A stretch of 64,000 bases of DNA from Azolla caroliniana (taxonomy: Eukaryota > Plantae > Polypodiophyta). Within the stretch, counting starts at the first letter, position 1. Each line of letters starts with the position of its first letter. The position numbers and the translations under genes were made by a program. The stretch spans positions 28,148,001-28,212,000 of the forward strand of contig JBHGNT010000001.1 in NCBI GenBank assembly GCA_043228905.1. Reading direction: 5' to 3'. Positions 10,541-25,300 of the stretch are shown piece by piece. Below the pieces are notes generated by a model. That model searched no databases. It saw only the letters and a program-made list of their open reading frames with translations, and had not been told where the DNA came from.

Positions 10541-13500
10541 TATAACCATAACATCTCTAAACCTTTATATCATCCCAAGTGTGCGAGATATATATATATT
10601 ATAACATTGTCGGATAATAACTATAAAATTGAAACCATAAACATGACGTATGGGTTCTTTGTCATTGTAAACCGTCCCCTATAACAACATCTCTTCCCAT
10701 AGCCAACCTCAAGTTATAAACCTTATAATTGTAAATAACTTAAACTTGTAAATGGAAGTGTGGACTAATCTAAACTTACTCGCATCGGTGATTATCTCAC
10801 ATTGTTGATCTTCAATCAAGTGCTCGAATGGTACTTAACAGTCTCACATACGTGTGCAGGTATCTAAATAGCATATATGTAGAGGCATGTCATGTACATA
10901 TATGTACCTATGTACATATGTATTTATTCCTACCCCCCCCCAAATACAAAGAAGAAGAAGAAGAAGAAGAAGAAGAAGAAGAGGTAGTAAAGAGTCCTTA
11001 GTAAAGAACAAGGCTAAAGTAGAGCACAGTTCTGGAAATTCAGAGACATTACGAGGCCAGTTTTGTAATTTGATCAAGGCCAGTTTTGTAAATTGAGCAA
11101 TTTTCACACCTTCTATCATCTCTTTTATCTATCCTCTAACCTGCTCCTTCTTCAAAGTTCAGTGGTCCCTCTCGTCTTGAATTAGGTTTTCACAGCGAGA
11201 TCCGACTGATCACTTCCATCTGCTAACCCTATTTCGCCCCAACGATCATGCAGACGACGGTGGCTGTGGCGAGTAGAAGCTTCTCCCTCTCTTCTCTCTT
11301 CCCTGCTCCACCCCACACTAAAGGCTCACAGACTCTCTGCTTACAGCAAGACCAGCAGGAAAGAGGAAGATGGGAGCAGCAGGAGGAAGGAAAGGTAGAG
11401 TAGGAGGGAAGGTTGGCGAAGAGAGTGCTGACGATTTCGTTATACTCTCTCTCTCTCTCTCTGTCTTCCTCTTTCTCGAAATTCCTTCTCTCTCGCTCTC
11501 TTTGTTTTTCCTTTGTTTCTGCTTGTTTGCAGTTACAGAAGCCTTAGGATGAGAGCTGAAAGCTCCTAGGGTTCACTATTCTGCATATACTCCCTACGTC
11601 TCTAAAGCCTAGGTTTTTTTTTTTTTTGTTTGGATCATCGTGACAAACGGAAAGCTTTTCATGTTTGATTGGTTACCCTTTCGTGAAACATTTCTTATTC
11701 CATACCTGTGTTTGGCTATGAGGAAAATCTTGTTTTTGCTTCCCGATGGAATCCATCCTCGCATGGAGAGTCCGCATGTGGGTCGCAAACCCTCTAAGAA
11801 GTTCTGAGCAAAATAAAATAGAATTAATTTACTGGAAGTAGCCTTCCATATAATTAAAGTTGTTATCAATGTCGTTAGGCAGTTTCAGCACGTGACGTAT
11901 AAATACTAACAGGCATTGTGTATATGGATTTAGCCTCGGGAAACATTCATTTATCATCTTTGTGAAAGTGCTTGAATAATATTATAGAGAGCTATGTACT
12001 TCAGACCTTAACGCTGAATCAATTTTGTATTATTTCAGGAACCCTCGATAAGTTTTTCTTTTAATTCTTGATGTTTTAGCTCAAACTAGAGTATTTAGAA
12101 AACCTATCTCTAGGTTTGCTTAGATGACTTCATATTCATGATTTGTCTCCGTGTCACTTTTGAATACAGAGGGACATGTTGTTATTGAGGTAACTTGTGT
12201 TTTAGGTAATGAGGTAATCATATCTTCAGAGATGGAGATGCTGATGGGAGTTGATTGCGTTTTCGAGAGTTTGCAAATGTCTGCGTAACTACTGTGACAT
12301 AACTCTGTCAGAGCGACGTATTATCAATATGTCAATTCAGTTGAACCATCAGTAATCGCTTGGTTTTGTATATACTAAATTGAAAATGTCATTTGTATAC
12401 TCTCTGTATTGGTAATTTGGTGGAGCTCATATTGTTTTAATTTTGTATATGCAGTATCACAAATTTCAGTCTTTGTATATTGTATACTCTTATGTTCATT
12501 TTATTTTGACGGAGCTCATTATGACACTATCCAATAATTCATTTTATTTTGATGGAGCTCGTTATCTCTCTATTCAATTATCTTTCCATTTTGTAAGCAT
12601 ATTTCATTAATATGCTTTTATTTTAAAGTGTTGCAATGCAATTTTAGATGTTTTCCCTGGATCAAGGAAAAAATTGGCTCATCTCGGTGGCTATGAATCG
12701 TTTCTCATGTTTGTAGTTCTGATTAGTCGACGGATTCATGCTATGGTTTCATTTGAAGGGGGAAACCACTTATTTAACGAATTCGAAATATACATTGTGG
12801 CACCTAGGTCTGATATGGTTAGATTTTGAAGTGCCTCTGTGTCCAGAATGGTCAGAGATGTAATTCCTATACCCTTTAATCTTTGAATCAAATATTGGAA
12901 AATTGCAAGTAATCCATGTTTACGTTGACATTGTCTCTCAACCGTTGCACCTCTTTAGAACTGCACTTGATTCGTGTTCTCAAAATTGTATCTAAGAAGA
13001 CAATTGGATGTGTTCATTGTGAAAACATGTCTTATCTATTGTAAAAAGCTTATATGTGATTGAAGGAAGTCATCAACTCTATAAACCAGAATTCAAATTG
13101 TTGGTTTAGGTAAGATCAAGATGCCACCAGTTACAATAGTCTTCGAAGAATCCTATGATCCACACGATATGTTAACCACATGCTCCACTTCTTGTGTGAG
13201 AAAAAGAAATAATAGTGCGAAGTGCAAGTAAAACCTAATCTGAAAAGCCCCAAGCATATGGAGTTGTAGACCCAAAGGTTGGGTATCAATAAGCTTTGAT
13301 ATTGGGAAAGAATTCAAACTGTAAAGAGGTTCTTTAAGTTCATATAGACTAGAACTCTAAACTTGAGATTCCTTCTTGTGAGTGTGCTTCGCATGCGGGT
13401 TACTTAATGCGTTAGACACAATACCGCAAGGGTTGATATCTGCAGTGCTTCGTATCCTCCGTTTACGGCCAGGACTGTTGGGTATGTAATTGAATTTGTT

Positions 13501-15210
13501 AGGGGGCATGGCGTACATATTGTGGGTCACTATAATAGCTAAATGGCCTAGTAGGGTGAGGTGGATAGGAATTGAATGTGAGGGGAAGTAGTGATCATCT
13601 CTACTACACTTGCTAATGAAGGGACCCTTATGAGCCTCCAAAATGTAAGCCTTATACCCTAATTGCTTCTATTCAAATGGCCGTTTAAAAGGAAAAGAAT
13701 AGTGTCGGCTTATAAAGAGTATGAATGAGGTCATCGATTTGTAGGTGTATTCATATGTCACTTTGTTCATTTTGGGCCATCATATTTGGTTGTGACTATA
13801 ATGACCTGATGTGAACATTGTGTATTAAAAGCATCACTAGCCAAATGAGCAAAGTAGTGTTAGATTTAGGGGTCGACGTAAAATAATATCCGAAACCACA
13901 AACTATTAAGAGTTATTGATTGTAGCAACATCTTTGTGCGTTCCTTGGTAAACGCATTCAATCATGGTTCATAACTTTATGTGTTGTAGGCAACGTATGG
14001 CAAATGTGTAGAGCTCATTCAAAAGTGTGTTTTCATAATTTCCCTTGTGATGTTTATATACATTATTATGTATATTCATATATAACGCTGAATTTCAAGA
14101 AAAGTATATGGTACTATTAGAGTCATGATCCAATATTGTATTGGGAATACTCATGTGATCTCTCTAGATTTCCTAAAAGTCATGGCAATGGCGTATATAT
14201 TTGAATTTTGAATATGGGAAATAAAAGAAGTCTCTTTGGAATGATTGTGCTTTAGAACAATCGAAGGTTGGGCATATTTGTTTAGATGTTACTAATATAA
14301 ATATGCTCGAAACTTCACAACATGTTGGTGCGTTTCCAATGGGTTTGGGAAACACTTCGAAGTTATAACAAATGGGCTCATTGCCAAAGAAGATGCATGC
14401 ATTAGCTTCGAGCAATGTCTATAAATAAAATAAAGCATCGATAACGTTAAAGAAGGTCTTGAGTATTGTTGTAATTATATAGGTCATGTAAAATAAAGTA
14501 AGCTTCTAACTCTTGTGGTAACTAGGTTATATAAAATATAACACCCTTGAAACATTTGTTGACTTAAAAGATGACGTTGAACAAAGAATGTTTAAATGGT
14601 TGATTTATGATCCGACATGTCCATAATAAACTCTTTTTGTAATAACAAAAATAGGTCATGTGGAGGGTAAGATAACATAGAAAAGGTATATCCCCACTGT
14701 CATAATTGAAACCAAAACTCCACCTATGGAAGGGGTACATATTGCCAAATCATTTTGTCATTTCTCTCCACAAAGACGAACAAATCGTTCCACTTGCCTT
14801 TAAAGATGAACAAACACCACTAGACTGTATCATTGTATGCTTTGTATACACTTATTGGATCCGTAATGGAAACTATGGTGTAGTTTTGTTTATAAAAAAT
14901 GTAAAATATAAACCCATGTAGCATTTGGATGCCTAGAAGATGGTGGTATAATGAAGTGAAAAGGATTTACTTCTGATGGATGTAGTAGAGTTTCGAGAGA
15001 TATAGATTGTGAGATATATAGCCCCGGTTCAACATGTTTATGCTCAAAGCATGGGAATAAAATGATTCATTTACAAGGGTGGTGAGCAAGTCTTTAACTC
15101 TTCAAGGTGACTATTGGTTGTGTGATGCCTGTGTAACCAACTCCCATGTTACATTTGAATATGCCTAGAGTATGGTGACCAAAGGAAGTTAAAAATGGCT
15201 CCTTGAAACC

Positions 15211-15255
<45 letters not shown>

Positions 15256-15858
15256 GTGTGTGTGTGTGTGTGTAATTAGAGTTTATGGAAGGACTCAAGG
15301 GACATTGAAATAGAGGGAGTGAGTGTGTGAGAGGTGGTAAAATGATGAAATGTTTGTAGTGAAAATGATGGGTAGAAGAAGAATGGTATCCCAAAAAAGG
15401 AGGCCCCTTGGGAGAAGGGAATAGAGGTGGAAGGTGTAGATACATTCAATAACATGATGATGTAAAGGTGGAGGGTGGAGATTAAACTTCAAAATGGTTC
15501 AAGTAAGGCATACGAAAATGCTAATAATATTAATGATCATCATCATCATCATTGGGGGTTCCATAGTACAAGGAGGAGAGGGAGTGGAGATGTTCAATTG
15601 ATATGAACAGTGTCTAATATAGCTTTATAGATATAGATAATATGAATCTGATGTAACCATGGTGAAAGAGTAGTGGCAACAAAGAGTCCTATCCCAGTGC
15701 TCAAGTACAAGAATGTATTTGATGATAACACAAAGATGTTTTTGAAAGATCAGTGCGAGCAAACAATCAAGCTAGCGCCGCGACAATGACAACTCCAACG
15801 ATCAGAAATAATGAGATCGAGATGTTTATGAAAGACTAGTACGAACAAGCATACGACG

Positions 15859-16497
15859 GTGACGACAGATTGTGACAAGAATTACAGCTCAAGGATGTTG
15901 AGGTGGTTCGGTGGGATTGATGTGTGTGTGGAGGAAGAGAAGCATTACATGTCGGTGAATGCAATGCTGGATCATTCTTGTAATCATGTGGTCATTAACA
16001 ACAGGTCTTGGATGGAGAATTTGAGTGATGTTGAGTTCATGAAAAGGATGGGTGGTGATAATGGCTTAGCAAGATCGGCTGCAAGCCATGGAGGCCATCA
16101 GCTACGAACTGTTTGCGAAGAAGAAGAAGAAGAAGAATATGTAGAAGAAGAACAAGAAGATGATGATGATAGTGAAATAGTGGTGGCACCATTGTTGATG
16201 AGAGGCACATCAAATGCATCTATGGATTCCAAGCAAAAGCATTTAAAACAAAAACAAAAGCAAAAGATGAAGAGAAGTGCTAGTGGTGGATCAATCATTG
16301 TGACGAAGCTGAAGCGTGCGTGCCGGCACCTCGCAAGCGTAACACACAACACTACCTCCCATGTGCTACACCTCCTCCTCTGCAATCATCACCATCATCA
16401 TCACCATCAACGTATCCTCCTCACAACAACAAGACCCACAAGACCAACACCACCCCCATCATCACTTCCTTGTGTTTCCAACAATCATTTAATGTAA
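15859..16497 (+). CDS. Hypothetical low-complexity protein or pseudogene (poly-E/D, KQ-rich and poly-H tracts); first in-frame ATG at 15895
   Basis: 212-codon open frame with protein-like composition in AT-rich DNA; no recognised domain; in-frame stops upstream. Confidence 0.3.
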   Translation: MTTDCDKNYSSRMLRWFGGIDVCVEEEKHYMSVNAMLDHSCNHVVINNRSWMENLSDVEFMKRMGGDNGLARSAASHGGHQLRTVCEEEEEEEYVEEEQEDDDDSEIVVAPLLMRGTSNASMDSKQKHLKQKQKQKMKRSASGGSIIVTKLKRACRHLASVTHNTTSHVLHLLLCNHHHHHHHQRILLTTTRPTRPTPPPSSLPCVSNNHLM

Positions 16498-18253
16498 CCA
16501 TTCACTCTTGCTAATCAAGATTTTGTGTATTGGGGGCCATCCACCCTATTTGGTTGGTTAGTGTGTACAAGTGTGTTTTACTATTGGACTGTTTGCCTTC
16601 TTTCTTAGAATTAAGGGAGAGAGAGAAAGAGACAGAGATGGGTAGATGCATTATAAATTCTCCTTTCATGCAGAGTACACCACACTAGAGATGAATGTGA
16701 TCTATGTGATGGGACCCAACCCCATCCGGAGATTGAACTTGGGTCTTCCCAACATTATGACTTTGATGCTACCCTCGGAGTGAATTCAGAAGCTCCATAG
16801 AGAAAGGGAGACAAATTTTGCATTATGCATGTGTGATATGTAGTATTCAACCATGCTATCTAAGTCTGCATTGGCTCTTGACATTACATTGTTTACAGAT
16901 GGATGAAGCTACAAGCCCTGCTGCAAAATCCCAAGTTATAATATGTCGTGCTAGCATCCGTTATGAATGGTTTTGCTCTTTTCTTTAATGTCTTGAATTG
17001 TCACCTTTCATAATATTCCATATTGAGACATCGTTTAGAATTGTCTAGAATGTTGTAGTGAGACATTGTTTAGAATTGGGCCGTTTCATTAAACCTTGAT
17101 GGGAGGGGCAATTAGGTATTGGCAATTGAGAACATTTATTAGGATGGTTTTGCATCCATTAAGTGCATTCCAAATATATGTGGGATGAGTGGGGGATGGT
17201 GAGAGGCCAATGTGTTTGACATTGGCATCGTCCACACCTAGGCATCATCCACTTGTGTGGACACATCATCCATTTGTGTGTCCACACAAATGCGCCTTCT
17301 ACATATGAAATCATATATACTAGACAGTTGAGCTTGATATTGCAACATGGCCCTTCAAGCTTAAATATGCCATACCATACCATCATGTGTCTAGATTGTC
17401 TCCTCAACATATTGTCAATGGAGCTATGCATCAATGGGAAAAGTTGAATGACATAGAACTACCTCGAGATATACCATACACGAATGCTATCTGTACAATC
17501 AGATTAAGGTATCCTAGCTCTTATGGAGAATAGCTTTTATGTAGACTACTTCCAATTACATCTAAGAAAGCGCTTCTCCTTGCTCATGTCGTTGAGTATT
17601 AACATGGGTCATACACGCCAAAATTACCTATGGTTTTTACTGTTTCGTCCATGGATGTGGGCCATCTTGTTCATGATACATATGGCATCTTGCTAATGGA
17701 TGCTGCAAACTTTCTTTACATCACACATTCTCTGTTTACAGACTATACTTTGAGAAATTTGCAGAAGCATAATCAAAGAATAGACAGAAGCAGGACATGA
17801 AGAGAAAAGAAATCTTATCAATAGATTGTACATCTTATGGGATAAGATTTAAAAATAAATAATTCAGTGAGAGCTCCATATTCAAAAATAAATAATTCAG
17901 TGAGAGCTCCAGACTCAAAAATAAATCAATAAGGGGGGGCTTAATAATAAAAAATCTGCTAAGTAATCAAAATTAGGGCTTTTAGTAATAATCTATCTTG
18001 TCTCTGGAATAGAGACTATATATTTATATATATTGTTGGAGGGTATGAATGCATCAATATGCAGGCATGCGACAAAAACCATATCTTTACAACCTAATTA
18101 GTCGTCCTTGTACTCTTTCATCATCGTCGTCATCATCATCAGAGTTCTTTTCTGCAATCAACCATGCAGATGTATCCTCATTTTGACATCATGGATCTTG
18201 TTTAGTACTTTATGCAGTTCCTTGTTTCACCATGCTTGTTGCCCTCTGTCGTT

Positions 18254-19959
18254 TCATCTCCTAAGGCTTTCAACAATGTAAGAAGCGTAGAGATCCCTGG
18301 AGTTAAACCAATCATTAAAAAGACCCAATATTTCACATATACATACTTTCTCCAATACAACATGAAAATTCAAAATTTTAAGAAGAAAAAAGGATATCTT
18401 ACATTGAATGTTTCACTGCTTCACATGCTTGTTCTGCTGGAAGGAAGTCGTTCACTGCAACTTCTTTGTTCTCATTCTTCTTATCTGATAATAAAATACA
18501 ATCTGAATTTACACTCAAATATGCAACTATAGTGAAAAGCACTCTCTCAGCGCAAATAAAGAAGCTGAAGATATTTTATATATGTTTACAAAAGGAACCA
18601 TACAGTCTTCGAAAAAACGCCTGATCTCAGCCAATCGATGAGGTGGGAGATCCTTTATGTCTTTGCATTGTCTAAACTCAGGGTCATCCTCACAAACTGC
18701 TATGATTTTATCATCCTTTTCACCCTAATCAGTTCAAACAGTCAAAATTTTAGTATATGGTCCCATACCTTATGTTCCTCAAAAATGGAATCAAAACGAT
18801 TTTATTAGTGTGTTAATTTCTTGTAAATTCTCTAATATTTATCAAACATCATGAATTTACAATCTAAATCGGTTTCAAAGCTGCTAAAAAGGTGACAGTC
18901 ACTCAGTTCCAATACCGCATGAACTCATGAATATACAATCCAACTCAACAATAATGGAATCTTGATTAGACATGAACTAGAGGAATCAGGATCAACTTAG
19001 CAACAAACTCCAAATCAAATCATGCAATCCAATTCTATTGCAACTAAATCCAGATCAATAAATTCACACCATTGAGCAGGCATGTATATACAGATAAAAA
19101 TACCTGATCAATCATGGGCATAAGCCCGATCGCTCTAGCTCGAAGGAAACACCCAGGAAGGACAGGTTCCTGTGGAAAAAACACAAGGTCCATGAGTAAT
19201 TTAAATTGGAAATAGACAGCAAAAATGTTTTACTGTACAAAACAAAATAATTACCTGCATGATAACAAGGACATCCATAGGATCATTGTCTTCACATAGG
19301 GTTCGTGGTATAAACCCATAATTGTGAGGATACACAACTGAAGAATACAGAATTCTATCAACCTACAGAGAGATCAAATTATAAAAAAAGCATACATGGC
19401 GGCAAATCAACAGAAATCACTTCATGAAAAGTTGTTTAGAGCATCAGTCGCTAACCATAATCAGGCCAGTTTTCTTGTCAAGTTCATACTTGACTTTGCT
19501 TCCTTTACTAATTTCAACAACCTGAAGCAAGGCCACTTTTTAGCACAGCAGTATGCATAGACATGTCCAACAAACGTTTATGTTAGCAACTATTTAAAAC
19601 AGATCTTTGTTTTTCTTATGAGTAACCATTACAATTTCGAAAATAATTCTATTTCTTATTTGACAACTAATTATACGTAAATCTTACACAATTGAAAATG
19701 GACGGAGCCTGGGGTCCTGTAAAGGTAATAATTTTACAAATGAGAAGAAGATCATTTAGAATAGCCAGGCTAGACAGAGTATTTATAAAATAATTGCAAA
19801 CGAAAAAAGGCAAGTCAAGATCTATTTACCAATTTCAACATCGTGCCATGGGTGAGCTGCCACAGATCGGCGACCAAGAGATGACAGAATGCGTTCATTT
19901 AGGGGAGGATGTGGCTTCTTGTGCGTTCCGTTGCCATTAACCGGAGACATTGCAGTCAT
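18254..19959 (-). CDS. PPa: Soluble inorganic pyrophosphatase (family I, plant cytosolic PPa type), 8 coding exons
   Basis: Exons encode [133 protein letters not shown]...[21 protein letters not shown] and [13 protein letters not shown]; GT-AG introns. Confidence 0.96.
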
Positions 19960-22123
19960 TCTCTTTTTGCACTTGACTATTCTTAACCAATAGATTAGGA
20001 TGAACTTCCTCTCAAAGCAATAAATTCACTTTCTACCTCTTGTATACTAATAATCCAAATCATAAAAAAACAAGTTAATCCATACTGCATGTTTATAGTC
20101 GCTAGGAGAAAGTAGGAAGTTTCTTAAATAGGAAATACAGGTAAAATAAAACGATGTGTAGGGAAGTTTATACTAGTATCTGCTTCAGATCTATAATTTC
20201 GTAGTTCCTTTGCCTCATTTGTAAACTTGCAGAGCCAGATTCACACAAAACATAACGGAAAAAGGGACATTTGATGATCTTCTCATCAATAAAATGATCC
20301 AGACTATCTTCTGATTGACACCGTTACGTAACAAAATATATTGAATCCTAACAGTAATTGTTATCCATATCTCCGTAATGCAGAAAAGTAGCAAACTGGT
20401 CACAGATCATCCCGATATCTAAATATCGGATATAATACGGACTGGGAATGCGTTATTCTTAGAAAAGTTAGTTATCGTGAAAAATAAGAGTGGTATTGGA
20501 CTACCCTGTACTGATTACGCGCTATTACCTGAGAAAAGAATCCACCTAGCAAACCAATCACAAACGTGAAGATCTAAATTGCAGACGTACCATATCTATG
20601 TATTTATGTCACAAAGGTTACTTATCATAGAAAAAACAACAGGAAAATATTGGAAAAAGGAAGCGTATAAGAGGAAAAAAGTGAGGCTTGAAAATGAAAT
20701 TGTTATTATATATAAACAGGTGCTAACGACGTGCAGTCTGACAGAGTAGATAGTTCCGACAAGTGAAGGTTTTCTAGACCGTAACTTGGCTGTAACGATT
20801 TCTACATAGAAGCTTTTCAAAATAGAGTGCAATATTTTACAAGTTTTTCTGCAACCTCTACGTTACGTTAACTATACAGGCAGATCCGGTGTAATAGTAA
20901 GAACTACGTCAACAAGAAAAACATAAAGAAGACAATATCACTTAGTAATAAACATAAAGAAGTGATAAGAAGACGCAAATAATGTAATGAGGACATATAT
21001 AACTTGGATATATAACTTGGGAGAGAAACTTGCAAATGCTTAGATGTCCTTCCTATAGACGATATGAACGGAAAAAGGTTTGTGACAACAAATGTGTAAT
21101 CTTTAAGGAACATCTCTATCAGATCTGAACAATGACGATGTGATATGGAATTCGCGAAAGCACTAGGCAGTGAGCGGAGTAGAAAAGCCAAGCCATTTCA
21201 TGAATGAAACTGGTGTTGGGTAGGATATAAAGTTAGATATGAAGGAATGAAATCTGGCCTGACATGACCTAATATTTCAAAATTCCTGTAAATAAAGGAT
21301 GATCAGAGAACTAAACAATGACGTAAGACGATGACGTGGCGATCTCTGATCAGATCGTGTAAACATTCAGATATGGTTATATTAAAACTAATGCACTGAA
21401 ACTGCAAAACGGAACAAGACACTAGTATTCAGAAGAATTACATAGGATGCAGAAAGAACCCAGAAGTTTCAGAAATTCGAAAACATTCAGCTACTTGATT
21501 TTCTGTTTGATATCGTGAGGTTTCCAAATAGGAAAATTTGAGAATAAGACATATTGATCAGAATATGCAACCAGGTCTAAGGAAAATTCAAATAGGAAAT
21601 GGCATTCAGCTTCGTTTAGAAAGGAAATCGGGTTATGATTGTATGTTCAAATTTTCATTTTTTGTGTTTGATTTTGAAAAGGCTAAGAATATATTCTAAA
21701 ATCATTCTAACCTTGTGATTATATCGTTCTCCGCCTTGACTCACGAGCTCAGCAACAATGGAGATCTGAACAAAGAAGATACGTTTATACAGCGATCAGA
21801 ATATGCAACCAGGTGTAAGGAATGTGCATCATACTGGACCAATGCAATATATGATAAATAACACGCGCAAGCAGAGGTATATAGCGCCATGAGACTTAAT
21901 GAGCGGGCTTAACTGTGACTTGAAACACGAGACCTAGCGAGAATGATTCAGAAGGATAGGAATGTGTCTTATCACAGCAAGAAACCTCTTTTGAATCCTT
22001 CAGAGAGTATCCGAAAGTGTCAAAGGGTATGCACCTTTTTGTGGACTAAGAAGAATACTAGAACACGAGAAAAGAAAAGCATAAGTTGCGATGAGGGAAG
22101 GAATAGGAGAATATTCGCAATAC

Positions 22124-22300
22124 CTTAGGAAGTCTGGCAACGTGATCAGCACTGGGGAGCCACGATGTGACGAAGATGGAGGAGAAGGAGAAGCATATAT
22201 GAGGAGGAGGGGGAGAAGGAGAAGGAGAAGGAGAAGGAGAAGGACAGCAGATGACAGGTGAGCAATCCCTAACCCTAACCCTAAACCTCTAACCTGTTGC
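22124..22300 (-). promoter_or_regulatory. Probable non-coding first exon/TSS region of PPa, with CT-rich leader and (CCCTAA)3 telo-box-like repeat
   Basis: Minus-strand (TTCTCC)n tract, donor AAG|GTATTG near 22124, ccctaaccctaaccctaa at 22267-22284. Confidence 0.45.
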
Positions 22301-25300
22301 TGTTGGTGGTGGCCAATTTTCTTTAATCTTGGGGTCTTTCTGCTGTCTGTGGCAGATTCATGTGGCGTGGGGGCTTTGATTTAGACCGCCATCGCTGGCG
22401 GGAGGTTCGAACTTTTCACACAGTCACGCGGAAATCTTAATTTTTTTAAATTTTAAAAAGAAACCAAAATTGACAATTTAAATAAAAATAATAATATGCG
22501 GAGCAATAATAAATAAGCAGCAAAGCGCAGCCACCGGACAAAATTACGGGGAAGTATTTATTTTCATTATTGCTTTTCCGAATTGAATATTTTTATTTTT
22601 ATTTTATTTTTAAAAACTATATATATACATATTGGTTGCTTTTCCGAAATTATTTTTAGAAACCAATATATATATATATATATAATGTTCTAATGTATCG
22701 TCGTCCGTCGTTGAGTTTTCCGTTGTGTGTTGTTTTCTCGTATGCACTTCCAAAAAGAAGAATGAAAAAACAAAGGTATTCTTGGCACCTTTCATTGCTG
22801 GTTGTCCATTATAATGTCGGCCCACATCGTGCTTATAAAGAAAGTATCTATTGGTGAATACATATGGTAGTGTCGGTAGTGGCTCCTTCTTTAACAACAA
22901 AACCAAGGATTGGTTATATGCTTCGCCTAGCATGTACAGGTCGTGCCTCACATTGACATACTGTCAACTTATTTGCTTGCGTGGACCTCTACCCTATTAA
23001 TGATTCTTTGCAATGTGCTCATTGAGTGGCCTATGTCATTTAACATCATGATTATGTGCATTTGCATGCCCATTTCCATGCTAACAAATTTGTGATGCAA
23101 ATTTAATAAAGTGTCCATCACTTTACATCACTACCAACTAATATAAATCAACTACCCCATAAGACAAATAAATCATATTTCAACTCTCTACGGATTCTCC
23201 CAAACTATATTGACGTGACATACAAACAAGGGAGAGTTGTGTAGTCTAATCTACCACCGAACATGTCTGCATTGCTTTGTCATGGAGCTTACAATTGGAA
23301 TTTGTTGAAACAATTTTACGAATAGACATCTCCAAATTTCGCATCCTATTAATACACACCCTAAACTATTTGAGGTAGATCGACTTTCGTTCTCACTCAA
23401 ATTTTAAAGTCAAGAATCACACTTTCACAACTTGGTCATACTTAGCCTACCTGAGGCAAATTAATGTTTAATTATTACTATGTGAGGCCTCAACATTATT
23501 TGTACACTCATAGATTTTTTATGTCATTGTCAAATCAAAGAGGTGCCGAAATAGTGTTTGTTTTTGCAACTCTACCCCTAATCCTCCCATACCTATATAG
23601 TCAACTTTCCATATTGAAATGTGCTTCCTTTTAAGTTCTCATTTCCTCTACAAGGATTTCAATGTTTTTATGTTTCTATTGCCATTCATTTACACCGAAT
23701 TTTGATTATTTTCCTTTTATAAACTAAAGAAAAACATTTGATTTCATAGAACATAAATATCAGAAGGATTCGTAATGTAATGAAAAATGAGTCCTGTGAT
23801 GAATGATAAGATTTAGACTTGAATTATGAGGTTTTGTTCATTTTGTTATGTGTATATATTGTTTTTCAGTTAACACTTTTGTATACATCCAACTTTTCCG
23901 CATGTTAAACATAGGTTGCACACTTGTCCCTTGAGGGCTAAACATGTCGGTAAGGCACACACAAAAAACATGAGATGAAGTGGGCCTTAGAAAACCTTAG
24001 GAGGAAATATCACTAAAAGGGTCATCATTGTAAATTATAAAATCTATTTGTAAAATAAGTATAGAGGCAAAATAGCATAATACACTATTTTTAATTGTTT
24101 TGATATTTAGTTAGTAATATTTATTTTATTTTGACATTAATAATGGAAGTAGATGTTTTTGGAAGAAAAAAAAAGAGACATTAATAATTTAATATATCTC
24201 TCTTTCTTTTATTTATTTTCTTTTTCCCAGAAAAACTGAATGTATCTTTCTTTCTTTCAACTATAACTTGAGCACTCACCCTCTCATAAACCTAATTTAC
24301 TCATTTTTTATGGTAAGCACGGATATAAAGTAGTTGTTTGTCAATAACTATCTTTGTGATTTCATTGCATTTCCCTTATTGGTTATCATTTGGTCTAAGT
24401 GATTAAGTGCATTATTCCAAAAGTATGTATTAGAAACATAACCTCTTTAGGCCTTTGTGAGAAAGAGAGGAAGTCATGATGTTGAAGCACTCCTAATCGA
24501 TGATCGAAACTCATAGTTGCCCACGCTACTAGCACTTGGGTGAGTGTTTGCCTGACTCTCCTACAATATGATGAGAAAAATATTGTAAGCAACCGTGTTG
24601 ACCTCGTTTAATCATGTACGTTGTTAAGGACACAATAAGCATTAGCAAGCATATGGTGTGATTTCATAACCTCCCAATGCACATTACACTTGTGCAAAAC
24701 AACATTCCTTCATAAACACACTATCCTTTTTTAACTCAATGCCTAGTAAGGTGTAACCTTAGGTCGAACCACTCCATAGTGGGTGTGAGGTTTAGGGCAT
24801 GCTCTCTCAAAGGTGAGTGAGAGAGTTGCATGAATCCCTTCTAAGAGCCTTGAATCTTAGAGATGAGTTGATATTGTGTTGCAACAACAAATCAATCTTC
24901 ATATCTAATTGTAGCTTGAATTTCTAGCCTAGAAAGAGTTGGTTTTTGTACTCTACATGTGACATTCATTGTATTACAAGGAAGACGCATTACTCGTTAG
25001 GGTAAATTGACCTTATATTACAAGCGCAACTTGCAAGTCAATCTTATATCATCAAGATTATTTGGTGTTAGGTGTTAGAGGCAAATCGGCCACGATTGAG
25101 ATGATCTCGATGAAGTGTTTGATCTTTTGATAGTTGATGCTAGCCACAAGAATTTACACAAAACTCTACCCTAAGCTTTGGGCATTGCGCTAGGTTCCTT
25201 ATAATGGTACCAAAATATACATGGCACCTAAACAATTCTTCCCAAACTCATTTCTTCACCAAGGGAAACCATTTGTACACATTCGATAATAAGACAACAT

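Noticed and set aside
12700-15150. Coding-like fragments in intergenic DNA (also 22700-25600 and 41300-42600)
   Set aside because: Probably very old transposon debris, but no motif could be recognised with confidence.
18095-18152. Possible alternative acidic terminal exon of PPa (GAT repeats after a TTGCAG acceptor, minus strand)
   Set aside because: Splicing from exon 7 reaches a stop within four codons; more likely a 3' UTR trinucleotide repeat.
22267-22284. (CCCTAA)3 as an interstitial vertebrate-type telomere
   Set aside because: Only three units and located at a probable TSS; better explained as a telo-box-like element.
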